Shown here piece by piece: positions 37,810-46,461 of a stretch of 64,000 nt of DNA (position 1 is its first letter; the number at the start of each line of letters is the position of its first letter). The DNA is taken from NCBI GenBank assembly GCA_965223705.1, contig OZ245015.1, positions 2,496,001-2,560,000 on the forward strand. Reading direction: 5' to 3'. The translations under genes and the position numbers were made by a program. This DNA is from Myxococcota bacterium (GTDB lineage: Bacteria; Myxococcota_A; UBA9160; UBA6930). The notes beneath the pieces were generated by a model, which worked only from the letters and a program-made list of their open reading frames with translations, was not told the DNA's origin and made no database searches.

Positions 37810-37845
37810 ACGCCCGGAGGGCTTCAGGCCTTCCGGGCGTTTTGT
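37810..37845 (+). terminator. Terminator closing the array
   Basis: acgcccggagggc-ttcag-gccttccgggcgt followed by tttgt. Confidence 0.75.
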
Positions 37846-39278
37846 CTTCCGCGGTCGACGTAGGTCACGACGAGAGCGACGAGGAGGTTCGCAAAGGCGC
37901 CGATCACACCGATGTGGAAGCCCTCGATGCGCTTGAAGCCCCCGAGCGCGGCCCCTACGGCGACCGTTGTCCCGACGACCAGCCCGCAAAGTGCGGCCCG
38001 GGCCGAGAAGCGCTTCCAATGAATGGCTACGAGGAATGCTGGCGCGCACTGGATCAGGATCTCCATCTTGAGCTCGATGAGCCGCCAGAGACTGAGCTTC
38101 GGCATCAGCGCAAAGCCCAGCGCGATGAGCATCACCAGCGCTGCGGCGCGCTTTCCGGTGCGGGTCGTCGCCGGATCGTGGCGGTCGCGACCGAGCAGGT
38201 CGCAGGCAATCACCGAGCCCAGTGAAAGAAGGACCGAGTCGGCCGTCGACATGATCGCCGCCAGAGCCCCGATGAAGACCGCGACGGCAAAGACGGCGTT
38301 GATGGAGCTCGTCGCCGCCCACTCGCTGAGAAGCCGCGGCATGACCGTATCGGCTTCGACCGTGCCCAGGCCCGCGAACCGAGGAATCGCCGCAATCCCG
38401 ATCAACATGACCACGAAGGTGGTGGTGAGCGGCATGAAGCCCATGAGCGCGAGCGCGCGCTTCAGCTCGCCGCCGCTTCGCGCGGCGAAAATGCGCTGAA
38501 TCGCCTGGGGGTACATCAGTCCGCCGAAGCCGAGAAGCACCACGGTGGAGATCCAGTTCCAGCGCTCGGGCCAATCCGGCACGGCGACGGCCTCGGGGCG
38601 CACTCGGGCGACCTCGCGGGCGAGTCCCGCGAGTCCCGCGCCGTCGATGGCAACCCAGTGCAGGAGGAGGCCCAAGCCCACCAGCATGAGAAGCCCCTGG
38701 GCAGTGTCCGTCCAGGCGACGGCGCGCATGCCGCCCAAGGTCTCGTACACGAGGATGAACGCGGCCAACCCGACGACCGCGACCCAGTAGGGCACGAGCC
38801 CCCCCGTCACTTCCCCGGTGACGTGCCCCATGGCGACGAGCTGCGCGAGAAGAAAGTTGCCCAGCGCGAGGATCATCAAGGCGGCAACCGCCACTTCGAG
38901 AGCGCGACCGAGCGGCTCCCCCGCGAACCGATGGCGCAAGAAATCCCCGGGTGTCACGAACCCTTCGCGCGTCGCGAGCGGCCGGAGCTTCGGAACGAGG
39001 ATCTGGAACGTCACCATGATCGACATCATCATGCCGGTCGAGATGATCCAGGCGTAGCCGCGCCGGTAGCCCTCGCCGGGATAACCGAGGAGTGAGTTGC
39101 CGCTGTACGTCGTGGCGTAGAGGGTCATCAGCAACACGAAGAAACCGAGGCCCCGGGACGCCAAGAAATGGTCGTCCGGCGAATGATCGCGACGCGCCCG
39201 GCGCGCGACTTCGGCGAGGCCGATGAGCGCGACGAGGTACACCGCAAGACACAGCGCGCCGAGGTCGCCGAAGCTCAT
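37824..39278 (-). CDS. Sodium:solute symporter family protein
   Basis: Polytopic membrane protein; YETLGGMRAVAWTD and AAIMSTADS motifs. Confidence 0.9.
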   Translation of the reverse strand: MSFGDLGALCLAVYLVALIGLAEVARRARRDHSPDDHFLASRGLGFFVLLMTLYATTYSGNSLLGYPGEGYRRGYAWIISTGMMMSIMVTFQILVPKLRPLATREGFVTPGDFLRHRFAGEPLGRALEVAVAALMILALGNFLLAQLVAMGHVTGEVTGGLVPYWVAVVGLAAFILVYETLGGMRAVAWTDTAQGLLMLVGLGLLLHWVAIDGAGLAGLAREVARVRPEAVAVPDWPERWNWISTVVLLGFGGLMYPQAIQRIFAARSGGELKRALALMGFMPLTTTFVVMLIGIAAIPRFAGLGTVEADTVMPRLLSEWAATSSINAVFAVAVFIGALAAIMSTADSVLLSLGSVIACDLLGRDRHDPATTRTGKRAAALVMLIALGFALMPKLSLWRLIELKMEILIQCAPAFLVAIHWKRFSARAALCGLVVGTTVAVGAALGGFKRIEGFHIGVIGAFANLLVALVVTYVDRGRQNARKA

Positions 39279-39347
39279 TCAGAGCGATCCGTCGCGAGCG
39301 CAGTGCTCATTCGGAGCGATCCGTCGCGAGCGCAGTGCTCATTCAGA
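39273..39347. repeat. 32-bp tandem repeat (two units plus 11 bp)
   Basis: gctcattc[a/g]gagcgatccgtcgcgagcgcagt at 39273 and 39305, then gctcattcaga. Confidence 0.9.
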
Positions 39348-39536
39348 CAAGTCCGTCAGCAACCACGCGATGGCGTTCGTGATAGCCACCCCGACGAAAC
39401 AGAGCAGCGACACGGCGGCCCAGTCCGGGAGACCGAGCCAATACGCAGGCATCTCGCCGGGCGATCGGTGCCAGGGAATGGCCGCCAGGAAAAAGAGGAC
39501 CGTGAGGAGGAGAACGAAGCGCCGAGCGTTTCTCAT
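39339..39536 (-). CDS. Small two-TM partner of the symporter (DUF3311/DUF997-like)
   Basis: 65 aa, AIPW...WLGLPDW, two hydrophobic helices, directly upstream of the symporter. Confidence 0.7.
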   Translation of the reverse strand: MRNARRFVLLLTVLFFLAAIPWHRSPGEMPAYWLGLPDWAAVSLLCFVGVAITNAIAWLLTDLSE

Positions 39537-40228
39537 GAAGCGAACAGCTCGAGATTCACCGCGAGGCGCACCGCCTCGATGCAGCGCGGGTCGTCGTTGC
39601 GAACGTCGTTGACCCGCAGGTCCACCGGATGCAGTGACCAATCTCGGATCGCCCGTTCCTCCCATGCCAGGAGATTCGACTCCTCCTCCGCGCCGCCCGC
39701 CAACCAGTCTCCCAGGACCTCCGGACGAAGCGCCACCGGCATCCGCTTGTGGAGCGAGCGGAGCGGGCCGACGGACTCCGTGGTCAGCACGACACACGAG
39801 CCGACGACGGCTCCTTCGGGCCCGAGCCAGTGTTCGTAGAGCCCGGCCAAGCCGAAGACCGGGCACTCCTCGCTCACGACCCGGAACGGCTGCCGAACAC
39901 CGTCATTCTCCCGTCGCCATTCGTAGAAGCCGTCGGCGGGAAGCACACAGCGGCGCTTCCCGGTAGCTCCCCGAAACGCTCGCGACCGCGCGGCTCCCTC
40001 GATGCGCGCGTTGATCGGCCTCGGGCCTTCCCGGGGATCCTTCGCCCAGTGCGGGAGCCAGCCCCAGCTTCTCCATTCGGCGGTGCGGCCCTCGCGCGAC
40101 TCGCGGATCGCCACGACTTCTTGACCCGGAGCGATGTTGTAGCGGGGCGTGAATTCCGCGGGGGGGTCGGTTTCGAAGATCTCGACGAGCTCGCGGCCCG
40201 ATCGGGCGAATGTGAACCGACCGCACAT
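39533..40228 (-). CDS. SOS response-associated peptidase (SRAP/YedK, abasic-site protection)
   Basis: N-terminal MCGRF; PRYNIAP, INAR.E, GFYEW and H.RMP motifs. Confidence 0.92.
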   Translation of the reverse strand: MCGRFTFARSGRELVEIFETDPPAEFTPRYNIAPGQEVVAIRESREGRTAEWRSWGWLPHWAKDPREGPRPINARIEGAARSRAFRGATGKRRCVLPADGFYEWRRENDGVRQPFRVVSEECPVFGLAGLYEHWLGPEGAVVGSCVVLTTESVGPLRSLHKRMPVALRPEVLGDWLAGGAEEESNLLAWEERAIRDWSLHPVDLRVNDVRNDDPRCIEAVRLAVNLELFAS

Positions 40229-40250
40229 GACCGCTACCGTAGCGCGCCGC

Positions 40251-41195
40251 ATGACAAATGTTTCCGAGACTGGCGAGCCTGCTGCAACGACCGTCGACTT
40301 GGCAAAAATGGGGCGCGCCGGGCTCGGGGGCGTGCTGATGGGGCTCGCGAACCTGGTGCCCGGCATCTCGGGTGGCACCATGCTGCTGGCCTCCGGGGTG
40401 TATCCCGACTTCATCGAGGGCGTCGCGCGTTTCTCGACCTTGCGCTGGCGGCACCCGTCGGTGATCGCGCTCGCCATCGTCCTCGCCTGCGCCCTCGCGG
40501 CCTTGATCTTGTTCGCCGGACCGGTACGCGACGCGGTAATCCACCACCGCGTGGCGATGTACAGCGTGTTCATCGGGCTGACGCTCGGCGGGGTCCCGAT
40601 CGTCTGGATCTTGGCGCGACCCTTCGGGACGACCTTCTGGCTTTGGGCCGGGCTGGCGTTCGGCCTCATGGTGACGATGGCGTGGGTCGAGCCCGCCGGT
40701 GGCGGCGAGGCCGATGTCGCGCTGCTCTTCGTCGCGGGGCTCGCCGGCGCCAGCGCGATGATCTTGCCGGGTATCAGCGGCGGCTACTTGCTGCTCCTCC
40801 TCGGTCAGTACCTTCCGATTCTCGGCGCCATCGACGGTCTCAAGGCGGCCCTTCCCTCGCTCCGCGCTGGCGAACTCGCGCCCGAGCTGATCGCTGCGCT
40901 CGGTGTGGTCGTGCCCGTAGGTCTGGGTTGGGCTTGTGGGGTGGTCGTGGTGAGCAATGCACTCCGCTTCGCCCTGCAGCGCTTCCGTCAACCCACCCTC
41001 GGCACGCTCCTCGGGCTGTTGGTCGGCGCGGTCGCAGGACTCTGGCCGTTTGAACGCGTCGGTGAAACCGGCGAGCGACTCGGCCGCTACATACCCGAAG
41101 CACCCGAGTTCCTGCTCGCCCTGGCGCTCGTCGCGGCGGGCTTTGCCCTCACCGTCCTCATCGGGCGTCTCGGGGGCACGCCGCGCCTCGACTGA
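40251..41195 (+). CDS. DUF368 family membrane protein
   Basis: MGLANLVPGISGGT and AMILPGISG repeats. Confidence 0.88.
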   Translation: MTNVSETGEPAATTVDLAKMGRAGLGGVLMGLANLVPGISGGTMLLASGVYPDFIEGVARFSTLRWRHPSVIALAIVLACALAALILFAGPVRDAVIHHRVAMYSVFIGLTLGGVPIVWILARPFGTTFWLWAGLAFGLMVTMAWVEPAGGGEADVALLFVAGLAGASAMILPGISGGYLLLLLGQYLPILGAIDGLKAALPSLRAGELAPELIAALGVVVPVGLGWACGVVVVSNALRFALQRFRQPTLGTLLGLLVGAVAGLWPFERVGETGERLGRYIPEAPEFLLALALVAAGFALTVLIGRLGGTPRLD

Positions 41196-41388
41196 GGGGG
41201 TGAGGGGTCCGGCCCGTCCCAAATTGGGAAAAAGAGTTCCACTGCGCGCGCCTTCTGCGGGCGGCAGCGGATGCGCAACAAACTCTCGAACTCGTGACCG
41301 CAAGGCACTTTTCCGCGCTTCCGGTGGGTCCGCACGCTTCTTGCAACAGCAGAAGCCGGATGGATCCAACGCTCCGGGGGGAGACTTC

Positions 41389-42729
41389 ATGACCGCACTC
41401 TCGCGGCTTGTGTTGATCGCGGTACTGCCCAGTGCACTCGCACTCGGTTGCGCGTATCAAAACATCAAGGCAGACAACGACGATCAGCCCCAGATCCACA
41501 CCGGCGTCGGCGCCAGCATCTTGTATCCAGGCGGCCGAGGGCCGGCCTTTCCGACGATGCCTCCGGGCGCACTCGGTGGCGGGGGTGGCACCCAGTCGCA
41601 GTCGAGCCGCAACGGACAACAGTCCGGAAGCCACAGCCAGCACGGCGGAGGTCCCGCCCAAGGCAGCAGCGCCGCCGATCCCGAGCGGAGCGGCGGTGGC
41701 TTGACCTATCTCGGCGGGAACCAAGGTTCCGAAAGCTCGAGTCGAACGATCAAGCAAGAGCCCCAGGTACTGAAAGTCCTGACGACTCCCGTGGCGATCG
41801 CCGCCTATCCGTTCAAGAAAGCCGCCGATGCGCTTCGCAAGGACGAGTCTCCGCCCGAAGCCGCCGCACCGAGCGAGCCGACGCGCCCGGCGACCGCCGA
41901 CGTTCACGCCGAGCACGAACGCGCAGAGCTCGAAGCCATGCGCCGGGACCTCGAAACGCGCGAAGCGCCGGAGCGGAGCGCGGCGCGGGCGACATCTTCC
42001 CGACGTCCGACGTCTCTCGCCGACGAGCTGGCCCGATTGCGGGGCGGCGAAGCCACGACGGCCCCCGGCACGGATTACGCCCGCGTCGAGCCGACCGATA
42101 CCTACCGACGCCGACCGGAGATCGTCGGCGCGGACCGCGTCGCGGACCGGAATCAAGACGGACAGCCGGACCACTGGCGTTTCCTCGAAGCCGGACAGCT
42201 CGCGCGCGAACAATTCGATGACAACGCAGACGGCACCCCGGACCGAACCGTCTTCTACGATGCTGCGACCGGAGAGCGCGCCCGGCTCGAAGAAGACAGC
42301 AACGGAGACGGTGTCACCGACACGTGGGTCGATTACCGCGATGGCGTTGTGTCGAAGCGACGCGGCGACGGCGACGGCGACGGTCAGATCGACCGCTGGG
42401 TGTTCTACCGCCGCGGCCAGATTTCGCGGCTCGAAGAGGACCTCGACGGCGACGGCTACCGCGATCGCGTAGGCCACTACGAGGGCGGGAAGGTCGCACG
42501 CGAAGAAGAAGATCGGGACGGGGACGGTCGAACGGATCGAATCTCCTTCTACGATGCTTCCGAGACGCTGACCCGGCGCGACGAAGACCGCGATGGCGAC
42601 GGGGTGATCGACGTTCGTTCCCACTACGAAAACGGCAAGCTCGCCCGCCGCGAAATGGTCGAACAGGCCGCCGACGAGCGCGTCGAGCCCGAACCGCTGC
42701 GCCCCGATCCGGCGTTCGGCGACGGGTAG
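41389..42729 (+). CDS. Lipoprotein with seven DxDxDG-containing ~24-aa repeats
   Basis: LALGC lipobox; Gly/Gln-rich linker; D.[DN].DG..D....Y repeats. Confidence 0.75.
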   Translation: MTALSRLVLIAVLPSALALGCAYQNIKADNDDQPQIHTGVGASILYPGGRGPAFPTMPPGALGGGGGTQSQSSRNGQQSGSHSQHGGGPAQGSSAADPERSGGGLTYLGGNQGSESSSRTIKQEPQVLKVLTTPVAIAAYPFKKAADALRKDESPPEAAAPSEPTRPATADVHAEHERAELEAMRRDLETREAPERSAARATSSRRPTSLADELARLRGGEATTAPGTDYARVEPTDTYRRRPEIVGADRVADRNQDGQPDHWRFLEAGQLAREQFDDNADGTPDRTVFYDAATGERARLEEDSNGDGVTDTWVDYRDGVVSKRRGDGDGDGQIDRWVFYRRGQISRLEEDLDGDGYRDRVGHYEGGKVAREEEDRDGDGRTDRISFYDASETLTRRDEDRDGDGVIDVRSHYENGKLARREMVEQAADERVEPEPLRPDPAFGDG

Positions 42730-42735
42730 GACGCC

Positions 42736-43254
42736 GTGCTCCCCCGCAACTTGCGCGAGGCCGCATTTTTCCTGTTCGGGCTCTGGGCCGCGTTCGCACT
42801 CCTCGTCCCCTTGGTCGCTCCGAGTCACGCGAACGCCGCGGAGCCCTACCTCGAGGAGCTCGAGCGCGAGATCTTCACCGCGGTGAATCGGTTTCGCGAC
42901 GAGCGCAAGCTCATTCCCCTCGCACGCCGACCGGAGCTCGACGCGGTCGCACGGGCTCACTCGACCGACATGATCGCGCGCGGTTTCTTCGCACACGAAA
43001 ACCCCGAGGGCCACATCTGGGTCGACCGTCTGCGCATCGCGGGCGTCGACGGCTTCAGCCTCGCGGGAGAGAACGTCGGGCTGACGAGCCGCTCCGATCC
43101 CGTCCGGGAAATCGTCGGCGGCTGGGAGCGCTCGCCAGTGCACCTCGAGAATCTGAAAGCGCGCCCGTTCAACGCCACCGGCGTCGGCATCGCGCGGGCG
43201 CCCGACGGCACCCTCTACGTGACGCAGCTCTACCTGACGTTTCCGAAGGACTGA
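42736..43254 (+). CDS. CAP/SCP domain protein
   Basis: N..R, ARAHS.DM, FFAH, GENV, W..SP.H..N and GVGI motifs. Confidence 0.9.
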   Translation: MLPRNLREAAFFLFGLWAAFALLVPLVAPSHANAAEPYLEELEREIFTAVNRFRDERKLIPLARRPELDAVARAHSTDMIARGFFAHENPEGHIWVDRLRIAGVDGFSLAGENVGLTSRSDPVREIVGGWERSPVHLENLKARPFNATGVGIARAPDGTLYVTQLYLTFPKD

Positions 43255-43314
43255 CGCGGACTAGAAGCGCTCGGTGATGCGGCTGACGCGGACTAGAAGC
43301 GCGCGGTGATGCGG
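43251..43314. repeat. 32-bp tandem duplication between convergent genes
   Basis: ctgacgcggactagaagcgc[t/g]cggtgatgcgg x2. Confidence 0.88.
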
Positions 43315-44165
43315 CGGTCGTCCCAGTAGATATCGAGCTCGGAATCGAGCCGCATCGTCGGGGGCAGGACCACGAAGCCCAAGACCGGTTCGTCGGCGTC
43401 GAGTTCACCCAACCGGCCGGCGAGGAGGCCGAACTGAGCGGTATTCCGCTCGTCCGGCTGGAAGGTGTAGTGCGCCTGCACCAGCGTGAAGTTGGGATGG
43501 AAGACCTCAGGACGCCGCGAATAGGCCGAGAAGAGCAGCACCCCACCGGCATCGAGCCCCCCTCGACTGTCCCACTCATCTCGCAGCCGCCGCTCGAAGG
43601 TCGGCGAGTGCGCAAAGCGCACCGCGAAGACCCCGCGCCCATCGGCCGTCTCCCGCGTCAACTCCGCGGGTCGCGCGCGCTGGGAGAGCTCGACAATCTC
43701 GTAGAGGTCGCGCAGCTCGTCGCCGGAGAGTCCGAGGGCGAGCGGTTGCAACGCTTCGTGGCTTTCCGCCACCACCGGAGGTGTCGGCGCACTGCGCTCC
43801 TGCGCGCCCTGTGGCGCGCCGACGAAGCCCGCGCCCGCCTCGCCGACGTTTCCGAGCTCGCGCACTTCGCGCGCCGCTTCGATCAAGTTGTAGGGGTTGT
43901 TCGGGTTCTGGCGCTCGTTGTAGACCTGCCAGGTGTAGGGCGACGGAAGGTATTCCGGCCGCACCGGGGGGACATCCGACGGTTCGACCCGCTTCGATTC
44001 CGAGCACGGAATGGCCGCCGCCGACTGCACGATGTAGACACTGCCGTCCGGGCAAACCCCCGTGATGCTCTCGGCATGACTCGCGGCAGAAGCGATCGCG
44101 CAGGCTGCGAGCAATACGCCCGCGCCTTTCCGCTTCAGTCTCCGCCGCATCCATCGTCGTCGCAT
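43293..44165 (-). CDS. Hypothetical secreted protein (start uncertain)
   Basis: Signal-like LLAACAIASAASHA; protein-like composition. Confidence 0.6.
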   Translation of the reverse strand: MRRRWMRRRLKRKGAGVLLAACAIASAASHAESITGVCPDGSVYIVQSAAAIPCSESKRVEPSDVPPVRPEYLPSPYTWQVYNERQNPNNPYNLIEAAREVRELGNVGEAGAGFVGAPQGAQERSAPTPPVVAESHEALQPLALGLSGDELRDLYEIVELSQRARPAELTRETADGRGVFAVRFAHSPTFERRLRDEWDSRGGLDAGGVLLFSAYSRRPEVFHPNFTLVQAHYTFQPDERNTAQFGLLAGRLGELDADEPVLGFVVLPPTMRLDSELDIYWDDRRITARF

Positions 44166-44213
44166 GGTGCGCTCCGCGCCCTTCCCCAAACGGTAAGTGG
44201 GCCGCGAGGAGCG

Positions 44214-44954
44214 TTAGGTGACGACGGTTTTTTGCCGTTCGACGTGCAGGGCCAAGCGCCGCCGCTCGTCTTTCCGCAGCGGACGGGCGTGGCCCACCGG
44301 CAACTTGCCGAGCAGTAGCGGGCCCATGGCGACGCGCTCGAGGCGGAGCACCCGACATCCCAGGTGTCCCATGCTGCGACGGATCTGCCGCTTGCGTCCT
44401 TCGCGTAGCTCCAGCACGACTTCCGTCCCTCGAGGTGTGCGGCGGACGCGCACGACGTGTGCGGGGGCGGTCGGGCCGTCTTCGAGTCGTACGCCTCGCG
44501 CGATCGCCCGAGACTCCTCCTTGCCGAAGGTTCCGGCGACCAGCACCTCGTAGCGACGAATCGTCCCGAGCGACGGATGGAGAAGCACCTGAGCCGTCGC
44601 CCCGTCGTTGGTGAGGAGCAGGAGGCCTTGTGAATCGAGATCGAGACGCCCGACTGGGAAGAGCCTCTCGTGCGCGGCGCTCTGCGGCAAGAGGTCCAGT
44701 ACGGTTCGCCGGCCTTCGGGATCCGAGCACGTCGACAAGACGCCCCGCGGCTTGTTGAGGAGCCAGTAGCGCAGAGGCTCACGCTCGATGGGCTCTCCGT
44801 CGACGAGGACGACGGCGGTCAGAGCAGCGACGCGCTCACCGATCTGCGCCACCCGGCCGTCGACGGTGACGCGGCCCGCTCGAATGAGATCTTCCGCCTG
44901 GCGACGGGACGCCACCCCCGCGCGCGCTAGCACTTTCTGCAGACGCTCGGTCAG
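44214..44954 (-). CDS. rRNA pseudouridine synthase (RluB/RsuA family)
   Basis: S4 domain ERLQKVLARAGVASRR, LNKPRG, VGRLD and EGRKRQIR; probable CTG start at 44954. Confidence 0.9.
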   Translation of the reverse strand: MTERLQKVLARAGVASRRQAEDLIRAGRVTVDGRVAQIGERVAALTAVVLVDGEPIEREPLRYWLLNKPRGVLSTCSDPEGRRTVLDLLPQSAAHERLFPVGRLDLDSQGLLLLTNDGATAQVLLHPSLGTIRRYEVLVAGTFGKEESRAIARGVRLEDGPTAPAHVVRVRRTPRGTEVVLELREGRKRQIRRSMGHLGCRVLRLERVAMGPLLLGKLPVGHARPLRKDERRRLALHVERQKTVVT

Positions 44955-45571
44955 TGGAGCTCGCTTACGGCGGCGGTCTCCTCGAGGTCCGTCGTTTCGG
45001 TGGGCGGCGGCTCGGCCGCCGGCCCCGGGCTGCCGAGATCGAGTTCTCCGCGAATCTCCTCGAGATCCCGCAACGTGGGGAGGTCTTTCAGGTTCCGCAG
45101 GCCGAAGACTTCGAGGAAACGCGGCGCGGTGCTGTAGAGCATCGGTCGCCCGGGCACGTCTCGGTGTCCGGCGGTCCGGATCAGCCCGCGATCCAACAAG
45201 TTGCGAACGACCGGGCCGGCATCGACGCCGCGGACGTCTTCGATTTCCGCGCGAGTCACGGGCTGCCGGTAGGCGACCACGGAGAGGGTTTCGAGTGCGG
45301 CGCGAGAGAGGCGGAGCGGTCGCTCGGGTTGCAATTGTTTCACGTACGGCGCGTAGTCGCCTCGCGTGCGGATCTGATAGCCGCCAGCGACGGTCCAGAT
45401 CTCAAACGCGTGGCCCGCGGTCTCGTAATCGGCACGGAGCTCCTCGGCCAGCTCGCGGGCGAGAGCGGGCTTCAAGTACGGGACGATGGCGGCGAGTTTC
45501 GCCGGAGTCACCGGAACAGGTGCCGCGACGATCAACGCTTCGACAATTCTCTTCTTCTGCTCTCGATCCAC
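44951..45571 (-). CDS. scpB: SMC-Scp complex subunit ScpB
   Basis: AGGYQIRT, LSRAALETL..VAYRQPVTRAEIE..RGV and FL..FGL..L.DLP motifs. Confidence 0.95.
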   Translation of the reverse strand: MDREQKKRIVEALIVAAPVPVTPAKLAAIVPYLKPALARELAEELRADYETAGHAFEIWTVAGGYQIRTRGDYAPYVKQLQPERPLRLSRAALETLSVVAYRQPVTRAEIEDVRGVDAGPVVRNLLDRGLIRTAGHRDVPGRPMLYSTAPRFLEVFGLRNLKDLPTLRDLEEIRGELDLGSPGPAAEPPPTETTDLEETAAVSELH

Positions 45572-45587
45572 GCCGATCCCCTCTGGC

Positions 45588-46400
45588 CTACATCAACTCG
45601 GAAACTTTGGAGCGCCAATCCTGGCCTTCTCCGCCCGCCGGACGAAGGCGAATCGGCCCGGTAGGAACGCCCTGCGCATCGACGCCTTGGTACACACGAA
45701 CGGCGCCCAGGCGCACGAGCTCGAGAATCGCGAGGAACGTCGCGATCAGTACAGGGCGCGACGGCAATCCGCCGTCGACTGCGAAGATGCGCTCGAATTC
45801 GATTTGCTGCGCATTCTCGAGCTCCGCCATCACCACGACCAGCCGCTCGCGGACCGTGACCGACTCGGACTGGACTTCGTGAACCCCCGGTCCCTCCGGG
45901 CCTTTCGCGAGCACGCGGCGGAAGGCCTCGACGAGCGCCACGACGCTGACTTCCAGTTCGCGCTCGGCGTCGGGAGTCGGGTCGGGATCCGGGGTGACCA
46001 TGGCGTAGACCTCGCGACCGAGAAGAGGCCGTTCGCCGAGCTCGAGGGACGCTTCCTTGTACTGCTGGTAGGCGAGGAGCCGGGCGACGAGCTCCTCGCG
46101 CGGATCGACCCCGTCGTCCTCGTCCTCGCCGGCGACTTGCGGCAGCAACATGCGGGATTTGATCCAGGCCAGCGTCGCGGCCATGACCAAGTACTCGGCA
46201 GCCACCTCGAGCTGGGACTCCGTCATGAGGGACAGCGTCTCGACGTACTGATCGGCGATCTGTGCGATGGGGATATCGGTGATCTCCACCTCGTTCTGTC
46301 GGATGAGATGGAGAAGGAGATCGAGCGGCCCCTCGAAGGTGGGCAGCTTCACCGCGTAGGTACTTACCGCGCTTTCCCCGTCGCCGACGTCCGGGCTCAT
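45588..46400 (-). CDS. scpA: Segregation/condensation protein ScpA
   Basis: FEGPLDLLLHLI, AEYLVMAATL..IKSRMLLP and TFLAILEL motifs. Confidence 0.95.
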   Translation of the reverse strand: MSPDVGDGESAVSTYAVKLPTFEGPLDLLLHLIRQNEVEITDIPIAQIADQYVETLSLMTESQLEVAAEYLVMAATLAWIKSRMLLPQVAGEDEDDGVDPREELVARLLAYQQYKEASLELGERPLLGREVYAMVTPDPDPTPDAERELEVSVVALVEAFRRVLAKGPEGPGVHEVQSESVTVRERLVVVMAELENAQQIEFERIFAVDGGLPSRPVLIATFLAILELVRLGAVRVYQGVDAQGVPTGPIRLRPAGGEGQDWRSKVSELM

Positions 46401-46461
46401 GAGACCTCCGAAATACTCTGCGCTGTCGGGGGGATGGCGAGAACGCCTCAAGTATGCGGAT

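Noticed and set aside
39273..39347. CRISPR-like array from the 32-bp repeats (also 43251-43314)
   Set aside because: Units are directly adjacent with no spacers, only two copies each, and no cas genes
41196..41388. Riboswitch or sigma-54 site before the repeat lipoprotein
   Set aside because: No recognisable aptamer consensus; ccgcacgcttcttgca lacks the -24 GG
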